Positions 50,148-60,830 of a stretch of 64,000 bases of DNA are shown one piece after another (the first letter of the stretch is position 1; each line of letters starts with the position of its first letter). The position numbers and the translations under genes were made by a program. The stretch spans positions 707 through 64,706 of the forward strand of contig JACQOE010000013.1 in the NCBI GenBank assembly GCA_016202695.1, read 5' to 3'. This DNA comes from Pseudomonadota bacterium. GTDB lineage: Bacteria; Pseudomonadota; Alphaproteobacteria; JACQOE01. The notes under the pieces were generated by a model, which was given only the letters and a program-made list of their open reading frames with translations, searched no databases and was not told the DNA's origin.

Positions 50148-51437
50148 TCAGCTCGCCTTGCCGAACAGGAGGTTGGGCAGGAAGGTCGAGATCACCGGCA
50201 CGTAGGTGGCGATCACCAGGAAGACGAGCAGCACCATCAACCAGGGCATCGCCGAGCGCACCACATGCACCAGGCTCATGCCCGTGATCCCCGAGGTGAC
50301 GAACAGGTTCAGCCCGACCGGCGGCGTCACCATCCCGATCTCCATGTTCACGACCATGATGATGCCAAGGTGAACCGGGTCGACGCCGAGCTGGAGCGCG
50401 ATCGGGAACAGGATCGGCGCCAGGATGAGGATGATCCCCGTCGGCTCCATGAAGTTGCCGGCGACCAGCAGGATGAGGTTGACGACCAGCAGGAACATCC
50501 ACGGCGCCATGCCCCACGAGGTGATGGTCTCGGCGATCTGCTGGGGAATGCGCTCGGTGGTGAGCACGTGGGCGAAGAGGAGGGCGTTGGCGACGATGAA
50601 CATCAGCATCACCGTCATCTTGGCGGATTCCACAAGCACCCCCGGAACGTCGCCGAGCCCGATGTCGCGGTAGACGAAGACGGCGATGAAGAAGGCGTAG
50701 ACGGCCGCCACCCCGGCCGCCTCGGTGGGCGTAAACACGCCGCCGTAGATGCCGCCGAGGATGATCAGCAGCAGGATCAGGCCCCACAGCGCATCGCGCC
50801 CGGCGACCAGGATCTCGCGCCACGAGGCCCGTGGCTGACGGGGCAGGTCGAGGATGTGGGCGCGGACGTAGATGGCGAGCATCAGCATCAGGCCGAGCAG
50901 GATGCCGGGGATCACGCCGGCCATGAACAGCCGCCCGACCGAGGTCTCGGTCGCGGCGCCGTAGACCACCATCACGATCGAGGGTGGGATCAGGATGCCC
51001 AGCGTGCCGGCGTTGCAGATCACGCCGGCGGCGAACTCCTTGCTGTAGCCGGCCTTGATCATCGCCCCGATCACGATCGAGCCGATGGCGACCACGGTCG
51101 CCGGCGACGAGCCCGAGACGGCGGCGAACAGCATGCAGGCGAGCACCGAGGCCATGGCGAGGCCACCGCGCAAGTGGCCGACGCAGTCGATCGCGAAGCG
51201 GATGATCCGCCGCGCCACCCCGCCCGTGGTCATGAAGGTTCCGGAGAGGATGAAGAAGGGGATGGCGAGCAGGGTGTAGTGCTCGGAGGTCTCGAACAGC
51301 TTGAGCGCCAGCGAGGCCAGCGAGTCCTTGGCGAAGAACATGATGCTGAGCACGCTGGAGAGGCCGAGGGCGATCGCGATCGGCATCCCCAGCAGCATGA
51401 AGGCGAAGAGGAGGACGAGAAGCGTGGCGGCGGTCAT
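50148..51437 (-). CDS. dctM: TRAP transporter large permease
   Basis: LLAIPFFILSG, SGSSPAT, LGILIPPSI and G..TPPVG.NLFV. Start ATG 51437. Confidence 0.93.
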   Translation of the reverse strand: MTAATLLVLLFAFMLLGMPIAIALGLSSVLSIMFFAKDSLASLALKLFETSEHYTLLAIPFFILSGTFMTTGGVARRIIRFAIDCVGHLRGGLAMASVLACMLFAAVSGSSPATVVAIGSIVIGAMIKAGYSKEFAAGVICNAGTLGILIPPSIVMVVYGAATETSVGRLFMAGVIPGILLGLMLMLAIYVRAHILDLPRQPRASWREILVAGRDALWGLILLLIILGGIYGGVFTPTEAAGVAAVYAFFIAVFVYRDIGLGDVPGVLVESAKMTVMLMFIVANALLFAHVLTTERIPQQIAETITSWGMAPWMFLLVVNLILLVAGNFMEPTGIILILAPILFPIALQLGVDPVHLGIIMVVNMEIGMVTPPVGLNLFVTSGITGMSLVHVVRSAMPWLMVLLVFLVIATYVPVISTFLPNLLFGKAS

Positions 51438-51997
51438 GGCCCGCGCCCCTCCTTGCCCTCGGCCGGGGCGTCCTCGATGTGGAGGCGGTGAGTCAGCGCC
51501 TCCGCCGCCTCGTCGGCGAGATGCAGGCCGCTCTCGCGGCCGGCCAGGATGCCGGCCAGGATGGTCCCGAAGCGGAAGAAGAGCAGCCCGAAGCCCAGCG
51601 GCAGCACGATCCGCGGCACCCACTGCGGGATGGGCAGGTCCTGGGCGAGGATGCCGATCGCGTACATCTTGTCGACGTACTGCCAGCTGCCGACGAACAG
51701 GATGGTGGCGTAGACCATGCACAGGATTGCGGCCAGCGAGGCCACCAGCTTGCGCGGCCCCGGCGCCAGCACCTTCACCAGCGCGTCGACGCCGATGTGG
51801 GCGCCGACGCGCACGCCGTAGGAGGCACCGAGGAAGATCAGCCAGGCGAACAGGAAGGTGACCAGTTCGAGCGCCCAGACGAAGCTCCAGTTGAAGACGT
51901 AGCGGGCGACGACCTGGACGAAGGTGATAACGGTCATGACGGCGAGGAGGAGGGCGATCAAGCCCTCCTCCAGCCGGTTGACGATGCGGCTGAGCAT
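51434..51997 (-). CDS. dctQ: TRAP transporter small permease
   Basis: 4 TM; QVV.RYVF, W..E...F...W.IFLGA and HI.VD. Confidence 0.92.
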   Translation of the reverse strand: MLSRIVNRLEEGLIALLLAVMTVITFVQVVARYVFNWSFVWALELVTFLFAWLIFLGASYGVRVGAHIGVDALVKVLAPGPRKLVASLAAILCMVYATILFVGSWQYVDKMYAIGILAQDLPIPQWVPRIVLPLGFGLLFFRFGTILAGILAGRESGLHLADEAAEALTHRLHIEDAPAEGKEGRGP

Positions 51998-52012
51998 CGC
52001 GCGGCGCGCGCG

Positions 52013-53185
<1,173 letters not shown>

Positions 53186-54502
53186 TCACAGGAGCCCGGG
53201 AAGGGCGAGCGCGAGCCCGGGGACGAGCAGCAGGAGGATGATTCTCAGCACCTCGCTGGCGACGAAGGGCAGCACCCCCTTGAAGGTCTCGGCCATGGGC
53301 ACGTCGCGGGCCATCGCATGGATGACGAAGATGTTGAGGCCGAAGGGCGGCGTGATCATCCCCACCTCGACCGAGACCAGCGCCAGGATGCCGAACCAGA
53401 CCGCCACCTGATGCTGCGACAGACCCAGGTCCATGGCCAGCACCATCGGATAGAAGACCGGGATGGTGAGAAGGATCATCGCCAGCGACTCCATCACGCA
53501 GCCGAGCAGCAGGTAGAAGGCCAGCATCAGGCCGAGGAGCAGCATCGGCGGCGCCTCCAGCCGCTCGACCGCGGCGGCGAGGGTGGCCGGCATCTGGGTG
53601 AGGGCGAGGAAGGCGTTGAAGAGCTCGGCCGCGAGCAGGATGAGGAAGATCATCGCCGTGGTCTCGGCGGTGCCGAGGAGGCTGGCGCGAAGCCCGGCCC
53701 AGCGCATCCCGCCGCGGACGACGGCGAGCAGGCCGACCGCGCTGGCGCCGATCGCCGCCCCCTCGGTGGGCGAGAACCAGCCGAGGTAGATGCCGCCGAC
53801 GACGAGCAGGAAGACGAGCGCCACCGGCCAGATCTCCCGCAGGCTCGCCAGGCGCTCGCCCCGGCCGGCCCGCTCGCCCGCCGGCCCGGCCGCGGGCGCG
53901 ACGCGGACATAGACCGCGACCACCAGCATGTAGCCCAGCGTCGCGATCAGGCCGGGGACCACCGCCGCCAGGAACAGGTGGCCGAGCGACTGCTCGGTGT
54001 AGACCGCGTAGATCACCAGGATGACCGAGGGCGGGATCAGGATGCCGAGCGTGCCGCCGGCGGCGAGCGTGCCGGTGGCGAGCGCGCGCGAGTAGCCGTA
54101 GCGGCGCATCTCGGGCAGCGCCACCTGCGACATCGTCGCCGCGGTGGCGAGCGAGGAGCCGCAGATCGCCCCGAACATCGCGCAGCCGCCGACCGTGGCG
54201 ATGGCGAGGCCGCCCCGCAGATGCCCGAACCAGGCCCGGGCGGCGCGGAAGAGTGCCCGGTTGAGCCCCGCCTCGGTGGCGAGGTGGCCCATCAGGATGA
54301 AGAGCGGGATGACCGAAAGCGTGTAGCTCGAGAAGCGGGCATAGGTGAGCGTCTTGAGGGTGTTGACCAGCGGCTCCCAGCCGAGTGTGAGCGCGTAGCC
54401 GGCGCCGCCGGTGAGCAGCATCGCCAGCGCCACCGGCATCCTGAGGGCGATCAGGACGAGGGTGAGGGCAAAGAGGCCGAGACCGAGGGTCAACCCGCTC
54501 AT
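53186..54502 (-). CDS. TRAP transporter large permease (second DctM-type system)
   Basis: SVIPLFILMG, ICGSSLATAA, GTLGILIPPS and G.ITPP.G.N.FV. Start ATG 54502. Confidence 0.92.
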   Translation of the reverse strand: MSGLTLGLGLFALTLVLIALRMPVALAMLLTGGAGYALTLGWEPLVNTLKTLTYARFSSYTLSVIPLFILMGHLATEAGLNRALFRAARAWFGHLRGGLAIATVGGCAMFGAICGSSLATAATMSQVALPEMRRYGYSRALATGTLAAGGTLGILIPPSVILVIYAVYTEQSLGHLFLAAVVPGLIATLGYMLVVAVYVRVAPAAGPAGERAGRGERLASLREIWPVALVFLLVVGGIYLGWFSPTEGAAIGASAVGLLAVVRGGMRWAGLRASLLGTAETTAMIFLILLAAELFNAFLALTQMPATLAAAVERLEAPPMLLLGLMLAFYLLLGCVMESLAMILLTIPVFYPMVLAMDLGLSQHQVAVWFGILALVSVEVGMITPPFGLNIFVIHAMARDVPMAETFKGVLPFVASEVLRIILLLLVPGLALALPGLL

Positions 54503-55062
54503 CGGCCGGTGCCGCGGCCGATGCGCCCGGCGCCGGCCGCCCGGAGCCGCCCGATCGCCGCCCACAGGCAGACGAGCGTCCACAGCGCGCTCGACACGAC
54601 CGCCGCGAGGTAGCCCCACCAGGCCGGGATGCGGAGGAACATCGAGAAGTCGCCGCGCGCGTAGGACTCCCAGCCGCCCGCGGCCAGGCGCCAGGAGAGG
54701 AGGGCGACGACCGCGGCGAAGGCCAGGCTGGCGGCGGCGTCGAGCGCGGCCTTGAGGCGGGCCGGGGCGCGGGCGGTGAAGACGTCCACCACCACCTGAG
54801 CGCCCCGCATCTGGCAATAGGGCATGAAGGCGAAGACCGCGACCGCGCCGCCGACCTCGACCACCTCCTTGTCGCCGAGGATGGGGGCGTCGAAGACCGC
54901 GCCGCCGATCACGCTCGCGGCGGTGACGAGGGTGACGAGCAGGAGCGCCGCCCCGCCGGCCAGCGCGAACCCCTCGACGAGTCGCCGGAGCGCCGCCTCG
55001 AAGCCCGCGCGCACGGGCCCGGCCGGGGACTCCGCCCCTGGACGCGCGCCGTGGCCGGCCAT
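54499..55062 (-). CDS. TRAP transporter small permease (DctQ-like)
   Basis: 4 TM; E.VE...A.AVF.FMPYCQ and VDVFT; lies between the binding-protein and DctM genes. Confidence 0.88.
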   Translation of the reverse strand: MAGHGARPGAESPAGPVRAGFEAALRRLVEGFALAGGAALLLVTLVTAASVIGGAVFDAPILGDKEVVEVGGAVAVFAFMPYCQMRGAQVVVDVFTARAPARLKAALDAAASLAFAAVVALLSWRLAAGGWESYARGDFSMFLRIPAWWGYLAAVVSSALWTLVCLWAAIGRLRAAGAGRIGRGTGR

Positions 55063-55072
55063 GGGTCGCCGC

Positions 55073-56104
55073 CTATCCGCCGTAGCGCTTCACAAGGGCG
55101 AGGAGGTCGTCGAGCATCCGCCGGCCGTCCTTGCCCTTGTCGTTCATCTCCTTGACCCAGAGGTCATAGACCCCGGAGGCGGCGGCGCGCCAGCGCGCCA
55201 CCTCGGCCTCGCCGACAGCGACGATGTCGTTGCCGGACTCGGCGATGATCTTCCGCGCCTTGGCCGCCTCCACGTCCCACTTGGCGCCGACCGCCTTGGC
55301 GTAAGCGAACCCCGAGTTGTCGTCGATCGCCCGGCGGAGTTCGGGGGCGAGCCGCTCGTAGCTCCTCTGGTTCATGAGGGTCACCAGCATCGCCTGGTAG
55401 ACGGGCACGTCGGTGTGGTGCTTCGCCACCTCGTGCAGGCGCACCGGCGGGATGATCGCCCAGTTGATGGTCATGCCGTCCACCTGGCCGCGGGCCAGGG
55501 CCTCGTAGATCTCGGGCAGCGGCATCCCCACCGGCACCGCGCCGAGGGCCTGGATGGCGAGGCCGACATAGCGCGAGGGAACCCGGATCTTGAGTCCCCT
55601 GAAGTCCTCCAGCGTGCGGATGGGCCTGCGCGCGGTATGCACCCGGGCCGGCTCGGTGGCGTGGATCGAGACCAGGTGCAGGCCGGCGTACTCGTCGCGA
55701 AGGTGGCGGTCGTAGAAGGCCATCGCCACCTGGCTCATCACCGCCGAGCTTCCGGCCAGGAAGGGAAGCTCTAGGCCGACGGTGCCGGGGAAGCGGCCGG
55801 GGGTGTAGCCGGCGAGCGTATAGACGATGTCGACCACTCCGTCCTCGACCTGGCGCACCAGGTCGGATGGCTTGCCGCCGAGCTGCATGGCGGGGAAGAT
55901 CTGGATTGCGATCCGGCCGCCCGCGGCCGCCTCCACGCTCCGCGCCCAGGGCGCGAGGTGGACGGTCTGGTCGAGCGAGCTGGGCGAGCTGAAGTGATGG
56001 ACGCGGAGCGTGGTCGTCTGCCCGTCGGCCGCGCCGCTCCAGCCGGAGAGCGCGGCCGCGAGGCCAAGGCCGGCGCCCGCCACCGCGCCCCGCAAACGGG
56101 TCAT
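55073..56104 (-). CDS. TRAP DctP-family solute-binding protein
   Basis: Signal peptide, QIFPAMQLGG, PGRFP...LELPF, GLKIR and PEIYEAL.RG.VDG. Confidence 0.92.
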   Translation of the reverse strand: MTRLRGAVAGAGLGLAAALSGWSGAADGQTTTLRVHHFSSPSSLDQTVHLAPWARSVEAAAGGRIAIQIFPAMQLGGKPSDLVRQVEDGVVDIVYTLAGYTPGRFPGTVGLELPFLAGSSAVMSQVAMAFYDRHLRDEYAGLHLVSIHATEPARVHTARRPIRTLEDFRGLKIRVPSRYVGLAIQALGAVPVGMPLPEIYEALARGQVDGMTINWAIIPPVRLHEVAKHHTDVPVYQAMLVTLMNQRSYERLAPELRRAIDDNSGFAYAKAVGAKWDVEAAKARKIIAESGNDIVAVGEAEVARWRAAASGVYDLWVKEMNDKGKDGRRMLDDLLALVKRYGG

Positions 56105-56220
56105 CGCGTTCCTCCCTCCCGGCGATTTCGGCGCGGGCCCGACCGGCCCCGGCGCCGCGGCCGGGGAGTCTCGGTCCCGCGCCGGACGGAGTCAATCGCG
56201 CGGGCGTCTGACGTTGGCGG

Positions 56221-56916
56221 CTAGCGGCGCTGGTACTGGGTCTTGCCGAACATCACCTCGCGCTCGGCGTCGGTGATCGGGCCCTTGCGGGTGTGCTCAG
56301 CCAGCACCTGGCAGCCGCGCTGCACCGCCGGGCGGGCGTCGATCTCGGTGCGCCAGCGCTTGACGTTGGGGTACTCGTCCTCGTTGACGCCGCGACGCTC
56401 GGGGGCGCGCATCCAGGGATAGATGGCGATGTCGGCGATGGTGTAGGCCGGGCCGGCGACGTAGGCGCTCTCCTTCAGGCGCCGGTCAAGGACGTTGTAG
56501 AGCCGGTTCGCCTCGTTGGTGTAGCGCGAGATCGCGTAGGCGATCCGCTCCTTGGCGTAGCCGCGGAAGTGGTTGGCCTGGCCGAACATCGGACCGACGT
56601 TGCCCATCTGGAACATCAGCCACTGGATGGCGTCGAAGCGCCCGCGCGCATCCAGAGGCAGCAGCTTCCCGGTCTTCTCGGCGAGGTAGATCAGGATCGC
56701 CCCCGACTCGAACAGCGAGTAGGGCCCACCGCCCGGGCCCTCGTGATCGACGATCGCGGGGATGCGGTTGTTGGGGCTGATCGCCAGGAACTCGGGCCTG
56801 AACTGCTCGCCGGCACCGATGTTGACCGGGATCGCCCGGTAGGGAAGGCCCACCTCCTCGAGCATGATGTGGATCTTGTGCCCATTGGGGGTGGGCCAGC
56901 TGTAGACGTCGATCAT
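56221..56916 (-). CDS. yfcG: Glutathione S-transferase, YfcG-like (Nu class) disulfide oxidoreductase
   Basis: MIDVYSWPTPNGHKI, QFRPEFL.ISPNNRIPAIVD and LFESGAILIYLAEKTG closely match E. coli YfcG as I recall it. Confidence 0.85.
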   Translation of the reverse strand: MIDVYSWPTPNGHKIHIMLEEVGLPYRAIPVNIGAGEQFRPEFLAISPNNRIPAIVDHEGPGGGPYSLFESGAILIYLAEKTGKLLPLDARGRFDAIQWLMFQMGNVGPMFGQANHFRGYAKERIAYAISRYTNEANRLYNVLDRRLKESAYVAGPAYTIADIAIYPWMRAPERRGVNEDEYPNVKRWRTEIDARPAVQRGCQVLAEHTRKGPITDAEREVMFGKTQYQRR

Positions 56917-56968
56917 GTCAGGCTCCACGGGTGCGTGTTGTGGGGTCGGTCGCGGGTGGCGGCCCCGC

Positions 56969-58174
56969 TCAGGCGGCGCCGGCGACGCTGGCGCCGGCCA
57001 CCGCCGGGCGGAGCACCAGGCAGAGGGGCACGGTGAACAGGATCACCGTGCCGATCACCGCCATGGTCGCGGGGATGCCGATGACGTCGCCGAGGAGGCC
57101 GTAGCCGAGCGGAGCCACGATACCGCAGGTCGAGCCGAGCGTATAGAAGAGGCCGAAGGCCCGCGAGCGCCGCTCGCGCTCGACCAGCTCCGAGATCGTG
57201 CCGTAGAGCACCGAGGAGGTGCCGTTGAGCGCCACCCCGAGCGCCGGCAGCAGGGCGTAGGCCGGCGCCATCGGCAGCACGATCACGGCGAGGATGCCGG
57301 CGCCGGTCGCGACCTCGGTCAGGACCACGGTGCGGATGATGCCGATCCGGTCGGCGAGCATGCCGCAGGCGAGCTTGCCCATCATCCCGCCGACGAAGAC
57401 GAGCGGGATGGCGGCCGCCGCCGCGCCCTCGTCGGCCCCCTTGGCGATGAGAAGGAAGGCGACGAAGGTGAGGAAGCCGTTGCGGGTGGAGTTGTCGAGC
57501 ACGGTGATCGCCGAGAGCGCGACGAACCCGCTCGGGCTGCGGATCCCCCAGCCGAGCTGGTGGGCCTCGCGGGCGAGGGCGGCGGGCGCGGCCGGGCGCT
57601 CGCCCGCGCCCAGCCAACGGAGCGCGACGAACAGCCCGACGCCGACGCCGATCCCGGCCACGCCGAAGGCCAGCGGCGGCCCCTGCCAGGCTATCCCGGC
57701 GAGGAGCGCCAGGCTCGTCAGGCCGGCGAAGGCGAGCTTGCCCACGTCGCCGGCGAAGTTGTAGGTGCCGAGCGCGGTTCGCTGGTAGCCCCCCTCGTAG
57801 GCCCTGGCGACGAGGGCGGAGCAGAGCGGGTGCTGCACCGCCCCGCCTACCCCGGCGAGGAACAGGAGCGCGAGCAGCGCCAGGAAGCCGGAGGAGAGCC
57901 CGAGGAACAGGAAGGCGAGCCCGGAGAGCACCGTGCCGGCGGCCAGGAGGCTGCGCTCGCCGACCCGTTCGGCCAGCATCCCGGCCGGGATCTGCAAGGC
58001 CGCCATCGCCGCCTTGTTGGCCGAACGGATGAGCCCGACCTGGGAGAAGGAGAGGCCGAACGCCTGCGCCAGCAGCGGCAGCAGCACATAAAGGGTATCG
58101 GCCAGCCCGTCGTGGAGGACATGGGTGGTCGAACAGACGGTGAGCGTCGCGCGCGACCGCGTCTTCTCGTTCAT
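56969..58174 (-). CDS. MFS transporter (Fsr-like)
   Basis: HVLHD, about 12 TM, G.LAERVGER, QHP and G.LADRIG. Start ATG 58174. Confidence 0.9.
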   Translation of the reverse strand: MNEKTRSRATLTVCSTTHVLHDGLADTLYVLLPLLAQAFGLSFSQVGLIRSANKAAMAALQIPAGMLAERVGERSLLAAGTVLSGLAFLFLGLSSGFLALLALLFLAGVGGAVQHPLCSALVARAYEGGYQRTALGTYNFAGDVGKLAFAGLTSLALLAGIAWQGPPLAFGVAGIGVGVGLFVALRWLGAGERPAAPAALAREAHQLGWGIRSPSGFVALSAITVLDNSTRNGFLTFVAFLLIAKGADEGAAAAAIPLVFVGGMMGKLACGMLADRIGIIRTVVLTEVATGAGILAVIVLPMAPAYALLPALGVALNGTSSVLYGTISELVERERRSRAFGLFYTLGSTCGIVAPLGYGLLGDVIGIPATMAVIGTVILFTVPLCLVLRPAVAGASVAGAA

Positions 58175-58253
58175 CCGGCCCTCGGCCGCGCCCCCGGCGC
58201 GTCCGACGATTAGGGCCGAAGAGACCTCACGGCGCAAGAGGCTCGAACGCGAA

Positions 58254-58283
58254 CGGCGGCGGCGCCGGCAGGCGCCGCCGCCG
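58254..58283 (-). terminator. Terminator-like hairpin after the NPCAAK peptide gene
   Basis: Perfect 13-bp stem cggcggcggcgcc-ggca-ggcgccgccgccg, 50 bp after the stop; the U-tract is weak. Confidence 0.55.
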
Positions 58284-58332
58284 TCTCACGCTGGCCGCAC
58301 GGGCGGCGGCCGCGGGCCGCGCGCTTCTCGGG

Positions 58333-58617
58333 TTACTTCTTCGCCTTCGCCGCGCAGGGGTTCTTGGCGGCGCAGGGATTCGTCGCCGCAGCCGGGGCCT
58401 TGGCCGCGCAGGGGTTCTTGGCGGCGCAGGGATTCGCCGCCGCAGCCGGGGCCTTGGCCGCGCAAGGGTTCTTGGCGGCGCAGGGGTTCTTGGCCTGGGC
58501 CACCTTGATCGGGGTGTCGGAGCCGGCGGCGACCGCCTGCGGCAGCACCGCGCCGGCGGCGATCGCGGCGATCCCGACCGCGACGGCGGCGGTTCGCAAC
58601 GTGGACGTCTTCGACAT
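58333..58617 (-). CDS. Secreted 94-aa Cys/Ala/Lys-rich peptide with six NPCAAK repeats
   Basis: RBS GAGGGA 7 nt before ATG 58617; Sec-type signal (MSKTSTLR-hydrophobic-AVA|A); 54-bp (18-aa) tandem DNA repeat with synonymous variation. Confidence 0.85.
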   Translation of the reverse strand: MSKTSTLRTAAVAVGIAAIAAGAVLPQAVAAGSDTPIKVAQAKNPCAAKNPCAAKAPAAAANPCAAKNPCAAKAPAAATNPCAAKNPCAAKAKK

Positions 58618-58750
58618 GTCAGCATCCCTCATCTGGTCGGACCGCTGCGGGCGACGCGGTCCGCCTCGCGGTTTCGCGTACCGGGCGTTTGCCTTGCGCA
58701 CGCGCCCGGGCCCTATGCCCCATCTTCGACGAGGCTGGCCGCGAGCGCGA

Positions 58751-58787
58751 GTCACAGTGGCGTGAGAGCGGGTCACGAGGGCGTGAG
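58751..58787. promoter_or_regulatory. Tandem palindromic operator candidate GTCACnnnGGCGTGAG x2, 21-bp period
   Basis: gtcacagtggcgtgag (58751-66) and gtcacgagggcgtgag (58772-87), each TCAC-N6-GTGA, in a divergent intergenic region. Confidence 0.55.
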
Positions 58788-58886
58788 TCGGCCGTGGGCG
58801 GGATCGTGGCAGTGGCACAGGGGCGGTCCGCCTGCTATAGGGAGAGCCTGTCTCGCCGGACACATCCGCCAAGCAAGGGGGGAAAC

Positions 58887-59879
58887 ATGATCAAAGCGGC
58901 CATCGTCGGACTCGGCGGCTGGGGGCAGGTCCTGGTGCGGTCGGTGCAGAACAAGAGCCCTCGCATCCGCTTCACCGCCGGGGTGACGCGCACGCCGGCC
59001 AAGGCCGAGGCCTTTGCCCGCGAGAACGGCTTCCCGGTGCATGCCGAGCTCGACGCCGTGCTCAAGGACCCGGCAATCGATGCGGTGGTGCTCGCCACCC
59101 CGCACAGCCAGCACTCCGAGCAGGTGGTCCGCGCCGCCAAGGCCGGCAAGCACGTGATGGTGGAAAAGCCCTTCACCCTCACCAAGGCGAGCGCGGAGGC
59201 CGCGGTCGGGGCCTGCCGCAACGCCGGGGTGGTGTTCGCCCTCGCCCACAACCGCCGCTTCCTGCCCGCCACCCGCGAACTGAAGGCGCGCATCCAGTCG
59301 GGCTCGCTCGGCACCGTGCTGCATGCCGAGGGCCACATGTCCGGCCCCTCCGGCCACTTCTACGAGCCCGGACTCTGGCGGGTGGGCGACGACGAGAGCC
59401 CGGTCGGCAACATGGCGGCCATGGGCATCCACATGCTCGACCACATGATCAACCTCCTGGGACCGATCGACGACGTCTACGTCCGCTCCTACCGGCGGGT
59501 GATCAAGGTGCCGATGGACGACACCACCGCCGCGCTCTTCACCTTCAGGAACGGCTACTCGGGCTACCTCGCCACCATCGCCACCACCGCCCGGGTCTGG
59601 CGCATGTTCGTCTGGGGCTCGAAGGCGATGGCCGAGATGCGCGGGCAGAACGAGCTCTACATCCACCCCGTCGGGCCCAAGCCCCGCGATGTGCCCGAGC
59701 CGGAGCGGATCGCCTTTCCGCCGCCCGACATCGAGCGGGCCGAGCTCGAGGCCCTGGCCGACGCGATCGAGGGCAAGGCGCCGTACCCGCTGCCGCCCGA
59801 GGAGGCGGTCCACGGGGCGGCGGTGTTCGAGGCGATGTACAAGGCGACCAAGAGCGGCCGAACGGTCAAGGTGGCTTGA
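58887..59879 (+). CDS. Gfo/Idh/MocA family NAD(P)-dependent oxidoreductase
   Basis: AIVGLGGWG, ATPHSQH, KHV.VEKP, HNRRF and MGIHMLD. Start ATG 58887. Confidence 0.93.
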   Translation: MIKAAIVGLGGWGQVLVRSVQNKSPRIRFTAGVTRTPAKAEAFARENGFPVHAELDAVLKDPAIDAVVLATPHSQHSEQVVRAAKAGKHVMVEKPFTLTKASAEAAVGACRNAGVVFALAHNRRFLPATRELKARIQSGSLGTVLHAEGHMSGPSGHFYEPGLWRVGDDESPVGNMAAMGIHMLDHMINLLGPIDDVYVRSYRRVIKVPMDDTTAALFTFRNGYSGYLATIATTARVWRMFVWGSKAMAEMRGQNELYIHPVGPKPRDVPEPERIAFPPPDIERAELEALADAIEGKAPYPLPPEEAVHGAAVFEAMYKATKSGRTVKVA

Positions 59880-59957
59880 GCCCGGCCCCGGCGCCGCCAT
59901 GACCGGGGGGCGTGGGCGGCGGGGCCGGGGCAAGGGCGCCCCGGCCTGCGCGCGGCC

Positions 59958-60830
59958 ATGAGTGGGGCGCCCAATCGGCCGGCGCTCGCGGTCCTCCTCG
60001 TGCTGATAGCGTTCGGGGTTTTTTCGCTCGTCAACCTGTTCGTCAAGTGGCTGGGGCAGGGCTACCCGGTCATCGAGATCCTGTTCTTCCGCAACCTGTT
60101 CGCGCTGATCCCGAGCGGGGCGATCGCGCTCTCGACCCCGGGCTTCGCCGCCTTCCGCACCAAGCGGCTCGGCGGCCACCTGTGGCGGATGGTGTTCGGC
60201 CAGGGCTCGCTCTTCTGCATGTTCATGTCGTTCCAGTTCATGCCGCTGGCCGACGCGGTGGCGATCTCGTTCGCCACCCCCTTGTTCGTGACCGTGCTGT
60301 CGGTGCCGCTCCTGGGCGAGCGGGTGGGCGTGCACCGCTTGGGCGCGGTCGTGGCGGGTTTCGTCGGCGTGCTCGTGATCGTGCAGCCGACGGGCATGGT
60401 GGCCAACGTCGGAACCCTGTTCGCGCTCGCGAACGCGGCGATCTACGCGTGCGCGGTCATCACCATGCGCCAGCTTGGGCGGACCGAGGCGGGCGCCACG
60501 ATGGCCTTCTACTACGCCCTCTTCTCGACTCCGGCGGCCGGCCTGTTCGTGCCCTTCGTCTGGGTGACCCCGGCGCCGGCCGACCTCGCCCTGATGCTCG
60601 CCTGCGGGCTCATCGCCGGGGTGGGGCAGTACCTTACCTCCCAGGCCTACCGCTTCGGCGAGGCGGGCCTGGTTTCCCCCTTCCTCTACTCGTCGATCCT
60701 GTGGTCGGCGCTCCTGGACGCGGTGTTCTTCGACGTGGTGCCGACCGCGGCGCTGATCGTCGGCACGGCGATCCTGGTCGCGAGCGGCCTCTACATCCTC
60801 CAGCGCGAGCGGAAGGCCAAGCCGGCGTGA
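59958..60830 (+). CDS. DMT/EamA family transporter
   Basis: About 10 TM; PLADAVAISF.TPLF, LGERVG.HR, GF.GVL.IVQP and VSPF.Y. Confidence 0.9.
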   Translation: MSGAPNRPALAVLLVLIAFGVFSLVNLFVKWLGQGYPVIEILFFRNLFALIPSGAIALSTPGFAAFRTKRLGGHLWRMVFGQGSLFCMFMSFQFMPLADAVAISFATPLFVTVLSVPLLGERVGVHRLGAVVAGFVGVLVIVQPTGMVANVGTLFALANAAIYACAVITMRQLGRTEAGATMAFYYALFSTPAAGLFVPFVWVTPAPADLALMLACGLIAGVGQYLTSQAYRFGEAGLVSPFLYSSILWSALLDAVFFDVVPTAALIVGTAILVASGLYILQRERKAKPA

